From NCBI GenBank assembly GCA_964012805.1, contig CAXGUD010000014.1, forward strand, positions 25,159 through 89,158: a stretch of DNA of 64,000 nucleotides. The letters run 5' to 3'. A program made the translations under genes and the position numbers. The stretch is from an uncultured Bacteriovoracaceae bacterium. GTDB lineage: Bacteria; Bdellovibrionota; Bacteriovoracia; Bacteriovoracales; Bacteriovoracaceae. This document shows positions 19,585 to 28,307 of the stretch, piece after piece. Each line of letters opens with the position of its first letter. Position 1 is the first letter of the stretch. The notes beneath the pieces were generated by a model, which saw only the letters and a program-made list of their open reading frames with translations, was not told the DNA's origin and searched no databases.

Positions 19585-19715
19585 ATAATTTAAATCCTTA
19601 TGTCTGTTTTGGGCTTACTCCCTTGTCTTCATTTATTAAGAAGTAAGCCACCTATAAAAACAGCCTGCACCTAAGGAATTATTTTATCAGCTTTCAAAAG
19701 GAGAACAAGGGACGC

Positions 19716-19747
19716 AAAAGAAAGTCCGGAAAGCTTCCCAGACTTCC
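19716..19747 (-). terminator. Intrinsic terminator after 19790..20140
   Basis: Minus strand GGAAGTCTGGGA-AGCT-TTCCGGACTTTC followed by TTTT; the G-U pairs only form on the minus strand. Confidence 0.65.
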
Positions 19748-19789
19748 TTCTTATTAGCTCATCGGAATACCTAAAATGGAAAATTTTTC

Positions 19790-20140
19790 CTACTCAACTG
19801 CACGAGGGAAAATGAAGCATGAAATGCTAACTTCATCGCCGCTAGGAAGAACAATTGAGACATTGTCACCACCATTTGAAACGGCTTTTAGGCCTGTTTC
19901 TCCGTGCTTAATGGCCAAATAATGCATCTGCTGGTACTTGAGTTCGGCCCTAAAATGAAACTCGGTTTTATCAGAAAAAATGACCTTCTTGTCTAAATAA
20001 GAAGAACCACTTCTATTGGTACGCCCTTTTATTGTCTCACTCTCACCTTGATTTTTACTTGTTGTGCAGTAGTACTCATTTGCAAAACCCACATTAAACA
20101 TCATAAAAAAACTTACGAATAACGATGCCAATTTGAACAT
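19790..20140 (-). CDS. Small secreted hypothetical protein with a Cys near each end
   Basis: Signal peptide ending VGFA; two Cys; SD GAGGAGG. Confidence 0.7.
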   Translation of the reverse strand: MFKLASLFVSFFMMFNVGFANEYYCTTSKNQGESETIKGRTNRSGSSYLDKKVIFSDKTEFHFRAELKYQQMHYLAIKHGETGLKAVSNGGDNVSIVLPSGDEVSISCFIFPRAVE

Positions 20141-20388
20141 AAAACGATCCTCCTCATCACTTCAACTGCCTCAAATAGAATAAGCGGTTAATATAAAAGC
20201 AATTTATGATAGGCGTCTTTTTTTAGTTTGCCAAGGAAAGGAGTTATTAATTTTATCAGAACCGGAATATAAATAACCATCTCTAAAATTTTTGAAACGA
20301 ATATTTTGTTTAAGAGGAGAAGAACTCTACGCATTAAAGTTGGTCTGAGTTACTTTAAAAGTTATTCTCGTTACGCTAGAATAAATCG

Positions 20389-20865
20389 ATGAAAATTTTA
20401 AAGAAAAGCACCTTATTGATTTTTCTAATTACACCCTTTTTCTCTATCTTGTACACAATTACACTTCATGGAGCCTGCACTAAAACCATTAAAACAACCC
20501 TTCGAAAAGGACCTGGTGAACAGTTTGAAAAACTGTGGGATATTACACTTTTTTCCCCAGTTAAAGTAAAAAAATACAAAGACCAATGGGCAAAGATAGA
20601 GGACTCAGAGGGCATTCCTGCCTGGATTCTACAAAGTGATATTACCAAAGAATATTTTTGTGGCAGCATAAAGTATGAAAAGGTGGTAATTAAGCACCTA
20701 ACTAAAAATAAAGATGATCTTAAGAGTAAAAAACCTTCAGAGAGAGGATTAGCATTTTATGATCAAAACTTTAAAATTTTAAACTTCAAGAAGGGACAAG
20801 TAGCGGCATTATCTCCACTAGGAAATCAAGTCCTTGTGCCTAGAAAAAGCCTTTGGGTTCAATAA
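20389..20865 (+). CDS. Secreted bacterial SH3 (SH3b) domain protein
   Basis: Signal peptide; LRKGPG, WAKIED.EG..AWI. Confidence 0.75.
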   Translation: MKILKKSTLLIFLITPFFSILYTITLHGACTKTIKTTLRKGPGEQFEKLWDITLFSPVKVKKYKDQWAKIEDSEGIPAWILQSDITKEYFCGSIKYEKVVIKHLTKNKDDLKSKKPSERGLAFYDQNFKILNFKKGQVAALSPLGNQVLVPRKSLWVQ

Positions 20866-21408
20866 AAACTTTTTTAAATCTAACCTCTGCCTTTTCCTTT
20901 TGCTTCTTCCCTCTCCACAAGGAGGAATATGAATAAAAAGGTCTTTGATGGCCTGTTCACACCTCTCGTGGCCTTCTATTGAATGCCTCGGGAATTGCCT
21001 TTTTATTTCTTTAGTAAATATCAACCTATCAGAGGAAGGCCTGGCATAATCACTTTTTGTAACAAAGAAGGTAAGTTTCATTAGGCAACTTTTTATCAAT
21101 CCCCGACCCACCATTTTTTTTTCTAACTGAAGGTAAAGCTCATCGACTCCAATTCTTGAGTTTTCAGGCATCTTTCTCAAAGCGAACTTTCGATACTTGA
21201 GTTTTTCCTTAAGAACATCAAGGTAAGAGCTTCTAAGGTCTTTAGTTGTCTTAGTCAAACGGATTCTACAGTGGGGGTACTCAAGGTAAAAAGAGTTCTT
21301 TTTTGCAAAAGCACTCTGAGCAAATATTGTTCCTAAAAAGATTGTAGAGACTATTTTTCTCAAAAGAGACCTAGGAAAGGCTTCCTTATCCATTGGGGAT
21401 TCCTCCAT
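20818..21408 (-). CDS. Secreted hypothetical protein
   Basis: Signal peptide ending SAFA; four Cys; 3' end overlaps the convergent SH3 gene by 48 nt. Confidence 0.65.
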   Translation of the reverse strand: MEESPMDKEAFPRSLLRKIVSTIFLGTIFAQSAFAKKNSFYLEYPHCRIRLTKTTKDLRSSYLDVLKEKLKYRKFALRKMPENSRIGVDELYLQLEKKMVGRGLIKSCLMKLTFFVTKSDYARPSSDRLIFTKEIKRQFPRHSIEGHERCEQAIKDLFIHIPPCGEGRSKRKRQRLDLKKFLLNPKAFSRHKDLIS

Positions 21409-21464
21409 AAAGTCTTACACTTGGTCTAAAAAGCAAGTGCTTCCCCATATAATTCTAACTGGTC

Positions 21465-22799
21465 CTATAAAAAGTCTCTATAATTTTTTTGGCAGGCTTC
21501 TTCTACCGCCTCTATTTCTTTAGGTACATCATCGGTTAACACTTCATGACCATTTTTAGTGATAAGAACATCATCCTCTATTCTTATACCAATACCTCTC
21601 AATTCTTGAGGCACTTTTTGATCATCTAGTGGCAAATAAAGCCCTGGCTCTATTGTAAAGACCATCCCTTCTTCGAAGGCGATATCACTCTTTTCTTCGT
21701 TGATATAGGGACTGTTGTCATGAACATCAAGGCCTAGCCAATGTCCTGTACCGTGCGGCCAATAGTCTTTAAAGGACTGTTTTTCAAGGTGCTCCTGAAA
21801 ACTGCCCTCAAGTACATTCAAATCCATTAGTCCCTGCACTAAAACTTTAGTTGCAGCGTCGTGATTATGAGTTAAAGTGTTTCCAACTTTTGACTCTTCC
21901 ATTGCCTTTTTTTGTGCTTCAAGAACAATTTGATAGACATCTTTCTGGGCCCTCGAAAAAGAGCCATTAACAGGAAAAGTTCTTGTTATGTCAGATGCAT
22001 AAAGTCCAAATTCGCAGCCAGCATCAATAAGGAGCAAGTCCTCCTTATTTAAAACTTCATTATTGTTAATGTAGTGGAGTATATTGGCGTTATTCCCACC
22101 AGCAACAATAGACTGGTAAGCAGACCCTTGAGCACCTTCCTTTTTAAAGATATATTCCATCAAAGCCTGAACTTCATATTCATTCTTTCCTGGACTCGTA
22201 AAGGCCATGGCCGCTTTATGGGCCTTGGAAGATATTGCGCTTGCCTTTCGAATCAAAGAAATTTCTTCAGCATCTTTCTTCAACCTCATCATTCCAATAA
22301 TAGGAGGTAAGTTAACCATTTTTTGAGGGCTTGCGATTTTACTTTTTTTCCTTCCAGATAGGCTTCTCAAATGTTCCAGAGATTTATCCACAAGGGGTTT
22401 ATTTGAAAAAAGGTCTAAAAACACCTTTGAGTGATTTTGTAATAATTCAGGTAGTTTCTTATCAAGGTCATGAATTGAAAAGACAAGGTCAACTCCCAAA
22501 GCTTCTTTTGCCTTATCTAAACCTAGCCGTCTTCCTTCCCACATCTCAGCGACCTTATCCTTAGGTCTAAGAAAGAGGGTCGTCCTCCCTTCTTTATTGT
22601 TTGGACATAAAACAAGAAGGCTTTCAGGTTCATCAAAGCCAGTTAGGTAGTTAAAATTACTGTCTTGTCTAAAAGGGTAACCTGTATCAAAAGACTTTAT
22701 CTTCTCTTCGCCTGAAGGTATTAAAGCGACACCGTCCCCTAGAAGAGAAAATAATTCTTCCCTTCTTCTTAAATAAACTGAATTATTTAAAGTACTCAC
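21465..22799 (-). CDS. pepP: Xaa-Pro aminopeptidase
   Basis: FRQDSNFNYLTG, LIDAGCE, YASDITRT, HGTGHWLGLDVHD, TIEPGLY, GIRIEDD. Confidence 0.95.
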   Translation of the reverse strand: MSTLNNSVYLRRREELFSLLGDGVALIPSGEEKIKSFDTGYPFRQDSNFNYLTGFDEPESLLVLCPNNKEGRTTLFLRPKDKVAEMWEGRRLGLDKAKEALGVDLVFSIHDLDKKLPELLQNHSKVFLDLFSNKPLVDKSLEHLRSLSGRKKSKIASPQKMVNLPPIIGMMRLKKDAEEISLIRKASAISSKAHKAAMAFTSPGKNEYEVQALMEYIFKKEGAQGSAYQSIVAGGNNANILHYINNNEVLNKEDLLLIDAGCEFGLYASDITRTFPVNGSFSRAQKDVYQIVLEAQKKAMEESKVGNTLTHNHDAATKVLVQGLMDLNVLEGSFQEHLEKQSFKDYWPHGTGHWLGLDVHDNSPYINEEKSDIAFEEGMVFTIEPGLYLPLDDQKVPQELRGIGIRIEDDVLITKNGHEVLTDDVPKEIEAVEEACQKNYRDFL

Positions 22800-22822
22800 A
22801 AGATTTTTCTCCTCTAAATCTA

Positions 22823-24430
22823 TTATAAAATATCACCAAGAAGTGACCCTATTTTTTCCTTTCCAATAATCCTCATAAAGCCAGCTAGTTTAGGACCTTT
22901 CTCTTTGGAAATGAGTATTCCATAGAGAAGGGTAAAGGCATCTGAAGGTTGGAGCTCCACTTTGTGGATCATTTCGTAGAGCTTTTCATGAAGCTCTTTA
23001 TCATTTGTAATATCATCCCAGCCTTGTCCTAGAAATGCCTGAAGCTCTTTCAAAAAGCCTCTTTGAAGCTCATTCATTTCTACTTTGGGGGCTTTTTCAT
23101 TTATTTTAAACTTAAAATCCTCAGGAGCGTAATGATTTATCCAAAATAAGGCCCTTTCAGAGCGTTCCCGAAGCCTTCTTTCGTCTCTTTCATTTTTCAT
23201 CTCATTTTTGTAAGCTTCCCGTACTTTTTCAAGGTTTCCGTTATGGATTTGAAGGATGTTACAAAGGTGCCTGAAGGCAGGCTGAAAAGGCATCTCTTTA
23301 GGAACTTCACCAATAGAGGAAATTTCATAAACTCTCTTGGCCATGGCCACTTTCTTTTGGTTGCCTTGATCCACACCAAAAGCAAGTCGTTCCTGCCTAT
23401 CAAAATCTTCATAAGTTTTAATAACATCCAAATCAAAGCTGACAGAAAACTCAGCATTAGATTTATAACTTGCAAAAATCCACCTCACCATTTCTGGCTC
23501 ATAAATATCGAGGACATCTTTAAGCGTAATAACATTTCCTGATGAGGAACTCATTTTACCACCAGCACCTTTAATACTTACAAATTCGTATTGAAGATAA
23601 ATTGGTGGCTTGCCTCCATAAACTGGCCCAACAATCTCTTTGGCTGTGGTAAAACTCCCTCCCTCACTTGAATGGTCTTTTCCACCTGGCTCAAAGTCGA
23701 CACTTTCATAGGCCCACCTCATAGGCCAATCCATTCGCCACGGAAGCTTGGCCCTGGAAGTTTCATCTAATTTTAATGAACCTTTATGGCCACAAAGTTC
23801 ACAAGTGTAATGGACGGTATTTTCCCCATCATAACTCATAGTCGCTATCTTATCTCTGTTACATTCTTCGCAATAAATTGAAAGCGGAAGCCAGTCATCT
23901 CCAAGAGGCTGCTTTCTATGGGCATCTAAAACAGTTTTAATATTTTTAGTGTTGGCAAGAGTCTTCTTAATTTCTTCCTTATAGTCGCCTTTCTTATATT
24001 TTTTTGCTTGATAGATAGCTTCAACATCCACGCCAACCCGACTCAACTGAGCTTCGTAATTCTTCTCGTGATGCGAAGCATAACTCTCTGTTTTTCCATA
24101 AGGGTCAGGAGTATCAACTATAGGTTGAAACATGTAAGTCTTCAGCTCTTCCTGCTTAGGCATATTCGCTGGAACTTTTCTAAAAGTGTCATAGTCGTCC
24201 CAACTAAAAATAAAGCGGACCTTCTTCCCTCTGTCCCTTAAGGCCCTTGCCACAAAGTCGACAGTTATTGTCTCTCGAAAGTTTCCAAAGTGAACAACGC
24301 CTGATGGTGTAATTCCACTGGCCACAGTATAGCTTTCTTTATCACCACACTGCCTTATAATTCTATCAGCAGTAGCATCCGCCCAATGAATCGCTTTAAA
24401 TGATCCTGACTTTTCTTCCTTCTTACCCAT
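22823..24430 (-). CDS. lysS: Lysine--tRNA ligase, class I
   Basis: HWAD, SGITPSGVVHFGN (HIGH-like), KLPWRMDWPMRW, FEPGGKDH, KMSSSSGN (KMSKS-like); SD GAGG before ATG 24430. Confidence 0.96.
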   Translation of the reverse strand: MGKKEEKSGSFKAIHWADATADRIIRQCGDKESYTVASGITPSGVVHFGNFRETITVDFVARALRDRGKKVRFIFSWDDYDTFRKVPANMPKQEELKTYMFQPIVDTPDPYGKTESYASHHEKNYEAQLSRVGVDVEAIYQAKKYKKGDYKEEIKKTLANTKNIKTVLDAHRKQPLGDDWLPLSIYCEECNRDKIATMSYDGENTVHYTCELCGHKGSLKLDETSRAKLPWRMDWPMRWAYESVDFEPGGKDHSSEGGSFTTAKEIVGPVYGGKPPIYLQYEFVSIKGAGGKMSSSSGNVITLKDVLDIYEPEMVRWIFASYKSNAEFSVSFDLDVIKTYEDFDRQERLAFGVDQGNQKKVAMAKRVYEISSIGEVPKEMPFQPAFRHLCNILQIHNGNLEKVREAYKNEMKNERDERRLRERSERALFWINHYAPEDFKFKINEKAPKVEMNELQRGFLKELQAFLGQGWDDITNDKELHEKLYEMIHKVELQPSDAFTLLYGILISKEKGPKLAGFMRIIGKEKIGSLLGDIL

Positions 24431-24541
24431 ATTGACCTCAAAATAAAAAAATGACATCTTGCCCTTTACAACCTTGGTTTTAATATCATTTTGTGACCAT
24501 ATGTCCAATTCAAAACTTTGAAATAATAAGAGGCAAACCCA

Positions 24542-24814
24542 ATGATTTTAGGATTTTTGTTTAAACTTTTTCTTTTTTATATACTGTTTCTCTTTATACG
24601 AGGCCTTTACAAAGCCTATAAAACCCTCCAAGTCTTTAAAGGCGCCCAGGAACAGTTTAAAGATCAATGGAAACATTCAAATTCCCAGCATTACAGAGGC
24701 GCTCCCAACTCATCCTCACAAAATGAAAACACTTCCCAAAATAACACCATTGAGGCAGAATACCGTGTTCTAGACGAATCTAATGAGGGAAATCAAAAAT
24801 CCTCTAAACCATAA
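24542..24814 (+). CDS. Small single-TM hypothetical protein
   Basis: N-terminal TM helix, polar tail, IEAEYRV C-terminal motif. Confidence 0.7.
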   Translation: MILGFLFKLFLFYILFLFIRGLYKAYKTLQVFKGAQEQFKDQWKHSNSQHYRGAPNSSSQNENTSQNNTIEAEYRVLDESNEGNQKSSKP

Positions 24815-24873
24815 AACCGAACGCCTTAAAATGAACAAGGCTTATTTAGGTCTTTTTTCGCAGGGAGTGGATT

Positions 24874-25536
24874 ATGAGTAAAAAAATTGGAGTCTTACTT
24901 TCAGGATGTGGTTACCTTGACGGCGCGGAAATTAGAGAAGCTGTTTTAACGCTTCTTGCCTTAGATAAAGAAGGGGTAGAGGTTTCTATCTTTGCTCCAA
25001 ATGAAAGACAACACCATGTTGTTAATCATTTGAAAGCCGATGAATCAAAAAGCGAGCAAAGAAATATTTTTATAGAAGCCGCACGTATCGCAAGAGGTCA
25101 AATAACTCCTCTCGAAAATGTAAAAAGTGACGACCTTGACGGACTTGTTATACCTGGCGGATATGGTGTGGCCAAAAACCTATGTGAATTTGCTTTTAAA
25201 GGACACCAGGCTTCTACAAATGATAAAGTTAAAAACCTCATACTCGACCTGTACAAAGCAAAAAAGCCTATTGGCGCTCTTTGTATAGCTCCGGCCCTCA
25301 TAGGACTTGTTCTTGGAGAGCATGGGGTCCAAGTCACCATTGGTGATGATAAAGAAATGGCTCAAGAAATTGAAAAAACTGGAGCTAAACATATCAATAA
25401 AGAAGCCAATGAAGCCCATGCAGATGAGACACATAAAATCGTATCAACACCTGCCTATATGTATGGTGAGGCCCGCTTATCAGACATTAATCAAGGCATT
25501 ACAAAGTGTGTCGATCAAGTCTTGAACTGGGTATAA
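24874..25536 (+). CDS. elbB: ElbB/ES1 glyoxalase (DJ-1/PfpI family)
   Basis: LSGCGYLDGAEIRE, EAARIARG, PGGYGVAKNL, CIAP, STPAYM. Confidence 0.93.
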   Translation: MSKKIGVLLSGCGYLDGAEIREAVLTLLALDKEGVEVSIFAPNERQHHVVNHLKADESKSEQRNIFIEAARIARGQITPLENVKSDDLDGLVIPGGYGVAKNLCEFAFKGHQASTNDKVKNLILDLYKAKKPIGALCIAPALIGLVLGEHGVQVTIGDDKEMAQEIEKTGAKHINKEANEAHADETHKIVSTPAYMYGEARLSDINQGITKCVDQVLNWV

Positions 25537-25551
25537 AAAAGTAAGTTATTC

Positions 25552-25770
25552 TTACTTTTTAAAAATATTAAAGAGAAGGCTCAAAACAACGCTCAAGATA
25601 ATACAAGTTACCAGGGGAAAGTGAAAACTAAAGTTTCCTTTTTTGAAGGAGATGTCCCCTGGAAGCTTTCCAAATGGAAAGTTTTTAAATCCAAAGTGCC
25701 ACAAGAGCCCAACGATAATAAAAGCAACACCTAAAGCAACAAACAATTTTGGTCCATTCCCCATTTTCAC
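25552..25770 (-). CDS. DUF2905-like membrane protein
   Basis: Two TM helices with GKLPGDI...NFSFHFPLVTCI. Confidence 0.88.
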   Translation of the reverse strand: MKMGNGPKLFVALGVAFIIVGLLWHFGFKNFPFGKLPGDISFKKGNFSFHFPLVTCIILSVVLSLLFNIFKK

Positions 25771-25942
25771 CTTCGATTTTTAACTATGGCCTTTTGGCAT
25801 TTGTCTAGACCCTATCAAAACCGTCAAAACTACTGGGACTTTATTCCCTCTACCAACGACTTAAAAACTTCTCCTATAATTATCATAGGATCTCATGAGT
25901 TGAAAAACTCCTTTTAAAACCTTTAAAATAAGGTAAAAAACC

Positions 25943-26716
25943 ATGATCGAAATGGAAATCAAGAGAGATATTGAAAGAGAAGACAAGAAGGAAAAAGAAA
26001 AAAGACCTTACCCTCATTCTTCACAACAATACTTTAATAAATTACCTGTTCAATCCATTCCACAAAATGTTGTCCTCTATGAAGATCCTCTTCTTTCAAA
26101 GCGGATAGAAGTAATTGAATCTGGGCACTTAAGAATCGAAAGAAATCAGGAAGAAATGAGGCAAGCTTTTAAAAAAATGGAAAAAGATATTGATTGTCTA
26201 GAAAAGCTGGCCTCAGAAAACCTCCGGCTTTTTAAAGAAAGCAAAGTTAAAGATGAAAACTACTGGAAGACTTTGACCGATGCAAAAGAAGATTCTTCAA
26301 AAAAGGCCATAACAATTGGCATGGGAATACTTCTATCTATTGCAGTGGGTATCCTGCTCCCCTATTTTAAATCTCAAAAATTGGCTTTTGTAGATGATCC
26401 GGAAGAGATCGTTAGCCTCTTAAAGCTCCATCAGAACGAAAATGAGAAGACCCCATCAGCACAAGGTTTTTCATCAGAAAAAAACTCATTCACGGCTCCA
26501 AAGCAAAAACCACATAACTTTTTAGTCTCAATGAAGTTCGTCAATATCAGAAAAGAACCAAGCCTAAACTCTAAAACAATCCTAACAATCCCTCCTAATC
26601 AAAGAGTCAAACTTTTAAAAAAATATGGTGGATGGCGCTTCATCTCATTTTTTGACCATGTTAAAAGTCAAAAAGTAGAAGGGTGGGCCTATTACGAGTT
26701 TTTTACTTCCAACTAA
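25943..26716 (+). CDS. Coiled-coil, single-TM protein with C-terminal SH3b domain
   Basis: TM ITIGMGILLSIAVGILL; VNIRKEPSLNS...GW...EGWAY. Confidence 0.75.
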   Translation: MIEMEIKRDIEREDKKEKEKRPYPHSSQQYFNKLPVQSIPQNVVLYEDPLLSKRIEVIESGHLRIERNQEEMRQAFKKMEKDIDCLEKLASENLRLFKESKVKDENYWKTLTDAKEDSSKKAITIGMGILLSIAVGILLPYFKSQKLAFVDDPEEIVSLLKLHQNENEKTPSAQGFSSEKNSFTAPKQKPHNFLVSMKFVNIRKEPSLNSKTILTIPPNQRVKLLKKYGGWRFISFFDHVKSQKVEGWAYYEFFTSN

Positions 26717-26884
26717 ATTTTATCTTTATTAATTTCCTTCAACCAAAAAAAATTGGTTCATTAATAATGAATTTTAGAAGCATTAACCCTTGGAAATTAG
26801 CTAGAATATGGGCATACTAGTGCCAAAATTTTTAGATTAAATCACCTAAACATTTTTCCACCTTCAACCTTTAACAAGGACATA

Positions 26885-28216
26885 ATGGTTATGGCTTCTG
26901 AAACGACCACACCTAATAACGGAATTAATAATTCAGACGTTCCTGTCATCATAGATGGAGTGAGAACTCCTTTTTTAAGAAGCAATGGGGCTTTTTCTAA
27001 CTTTATGGCCTACGACCTAGGGCGCTTGGCCATCTCAGGACTTATGGGAAAAACCGGGCTTAGTCCAAAAGAAGTTGATCAAGTTATTTACGGAATTGTC
27101 GTTCCAGACCCGTCAACCCCCAACATTGCTAGGGAATGTATGCTTGGAGCTGGCCTCAGTGATTCAACACCTGCCCACACGGTATCAATGGCCTGCATAA
27201 CCTCAAATATGGCCGCAACGACTGCCGCTGATCAAATCAGACTTGGAAAATGTAAAACTGCCGTCATAGGTGGAGTGGATCATATGTCTGACCCTCCCAT
27301 AAGAGTTTCTAGAAACCTCCGACAGGCGCTTATTCGATTACAAAAAGCAAAATCTCCTGCCCAAGTTTTTGGCCAGATTAGAAAGTTATCTTTTAAAGAC
27401 CTTATGCCTCAGGTCCCTTCCATTACAGAGTTTTCAAACGGTCTTACCATGGGGCAAGGCTGTGAAAGAATGGCCATGGCGATGGGGGCCACAAGAGCAG
27501 AAAGCGATGAATTCGCTGCAAGAAGCCACCAACTAGCTTTTAAGGCCCAAAAAGAAGGTGTCTACGAAGGGGATATTATCCCTATAAAAGTTCCCCCCAA
27601 ATTTGCTCTCGTGGACCAGGACAATGGTCCTAGAGGAGACACAACTGTAGAAAGCCTTTCCAAACTACGGCCTGCCTTTGATAAAAAGTTTGGTATTGTT
27701 ACTGCTGGTAGTGCCTCATTTCTTACTGACGGGGCTTCAGCTGTCCTCATGATGGGGAAAAAACATGCCGAAAAATTAAATTACCAGCCACTTGCCATCT
27801 TAAAGGATTACGTCTTTAAAGCAGGTGACCCTAAAGATGAAATGCTACTTGGGCCTGCTTTGGCGATTCCGGACCTACTTGCCCAAAACAACCTAACAAC
27901 AGCAGACATTGATGTATGGGAGATACATGAAGCTTTTGCCGCTCAAGTCGTCTGTTTTTTTAAAGCTTTTCAAGATAAAAACTTTATGAAAAACCGTCTT
28001 GGTCACGACCAAACATTTGGAGAACTTCCTCTTGAAAAAATCAATATCTACGGCGGCTCCTTAAGCCTCGGACACCCTTTTGCAGCCACCGGTGGAAGGC
28101 TTTTAACAACTGCTTCAAAAAGGCTCCAAAAAGAGAACGCTAAATATGCTGTCGTCGCTGGCTGCGCAGCTGGAGGTCATGGAAGTGCTATCCTTCTTGA
28201 AAACCCAAACCTATAA
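26885..28216 (+). CDS. fadI: 3-ketoacyl-CoA thiolase, FadI/trifunctional enzyme beta type
   Basis: SMACITS, HEAFAAQ, GGSLSLGHPFAATG, CAAGG. Confidence 0.92.
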   Translation: MVMASETTTPNNGINNSDVPVIIDGVRTPFLRSNGAFSNFMAYDLGRLAISGLMGKTGLSPKEVDQVIYGIVVPDPSTPNIARECMLGAGLSDSTPAHTVSMACITSNMAATTAADQIRLGKCKTAVIGGVDHMSDPPIRVSRNLRQALIRLQKAKSPAQVFGQIRKLSFKDLMPQVPSITEFSNGLTMGQGCERMAMAMGATRAESDEFAARSHQLAFKAQKEGVYEGDIIPIKVPPKFALVDQDNGPRGDTTVESLSKLRPAFDKKFGIVTAGSASFLTDGASAVLMMGKKHAEKLNYQPLAILKDYVFKAGDPKDEMLLGPALAIPDLLAQNNLTTADIDVWEIHEAFAAQVVCFFKAFQDKNFMKNRLGHDQTFGELPLEKINIYGGSLSLGHPFAATGGRLLTTASKRLQKENAKYAVVAGCAAGGHGSAILLENPNL

Positions 28217-28307
28217 AAAGGTTGAAAGTGCTTTAAGAAAAGGAAAATCTTCATTTGAAAAAATGAAAACAAATGAAAAAACAAAAAAAGAACACAAAGG
28301 ATAAGGC

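Noticed and set aside
19700..19750. GGGACGCAAAAG resembling the c-di-GMP-I riboswitch core
   Set aside because: No upstream GGCAAAC/GAAA stem; it is on the non-coding strand and overlaps a terminator and a promoter-like element.
20818..20865. 48-nt convergent gene overlap as a regulatory device
   Set aside because: Short tail-to-tail overlaps recur here (48712-48722, 56763-56766) and are common in compact genomes.
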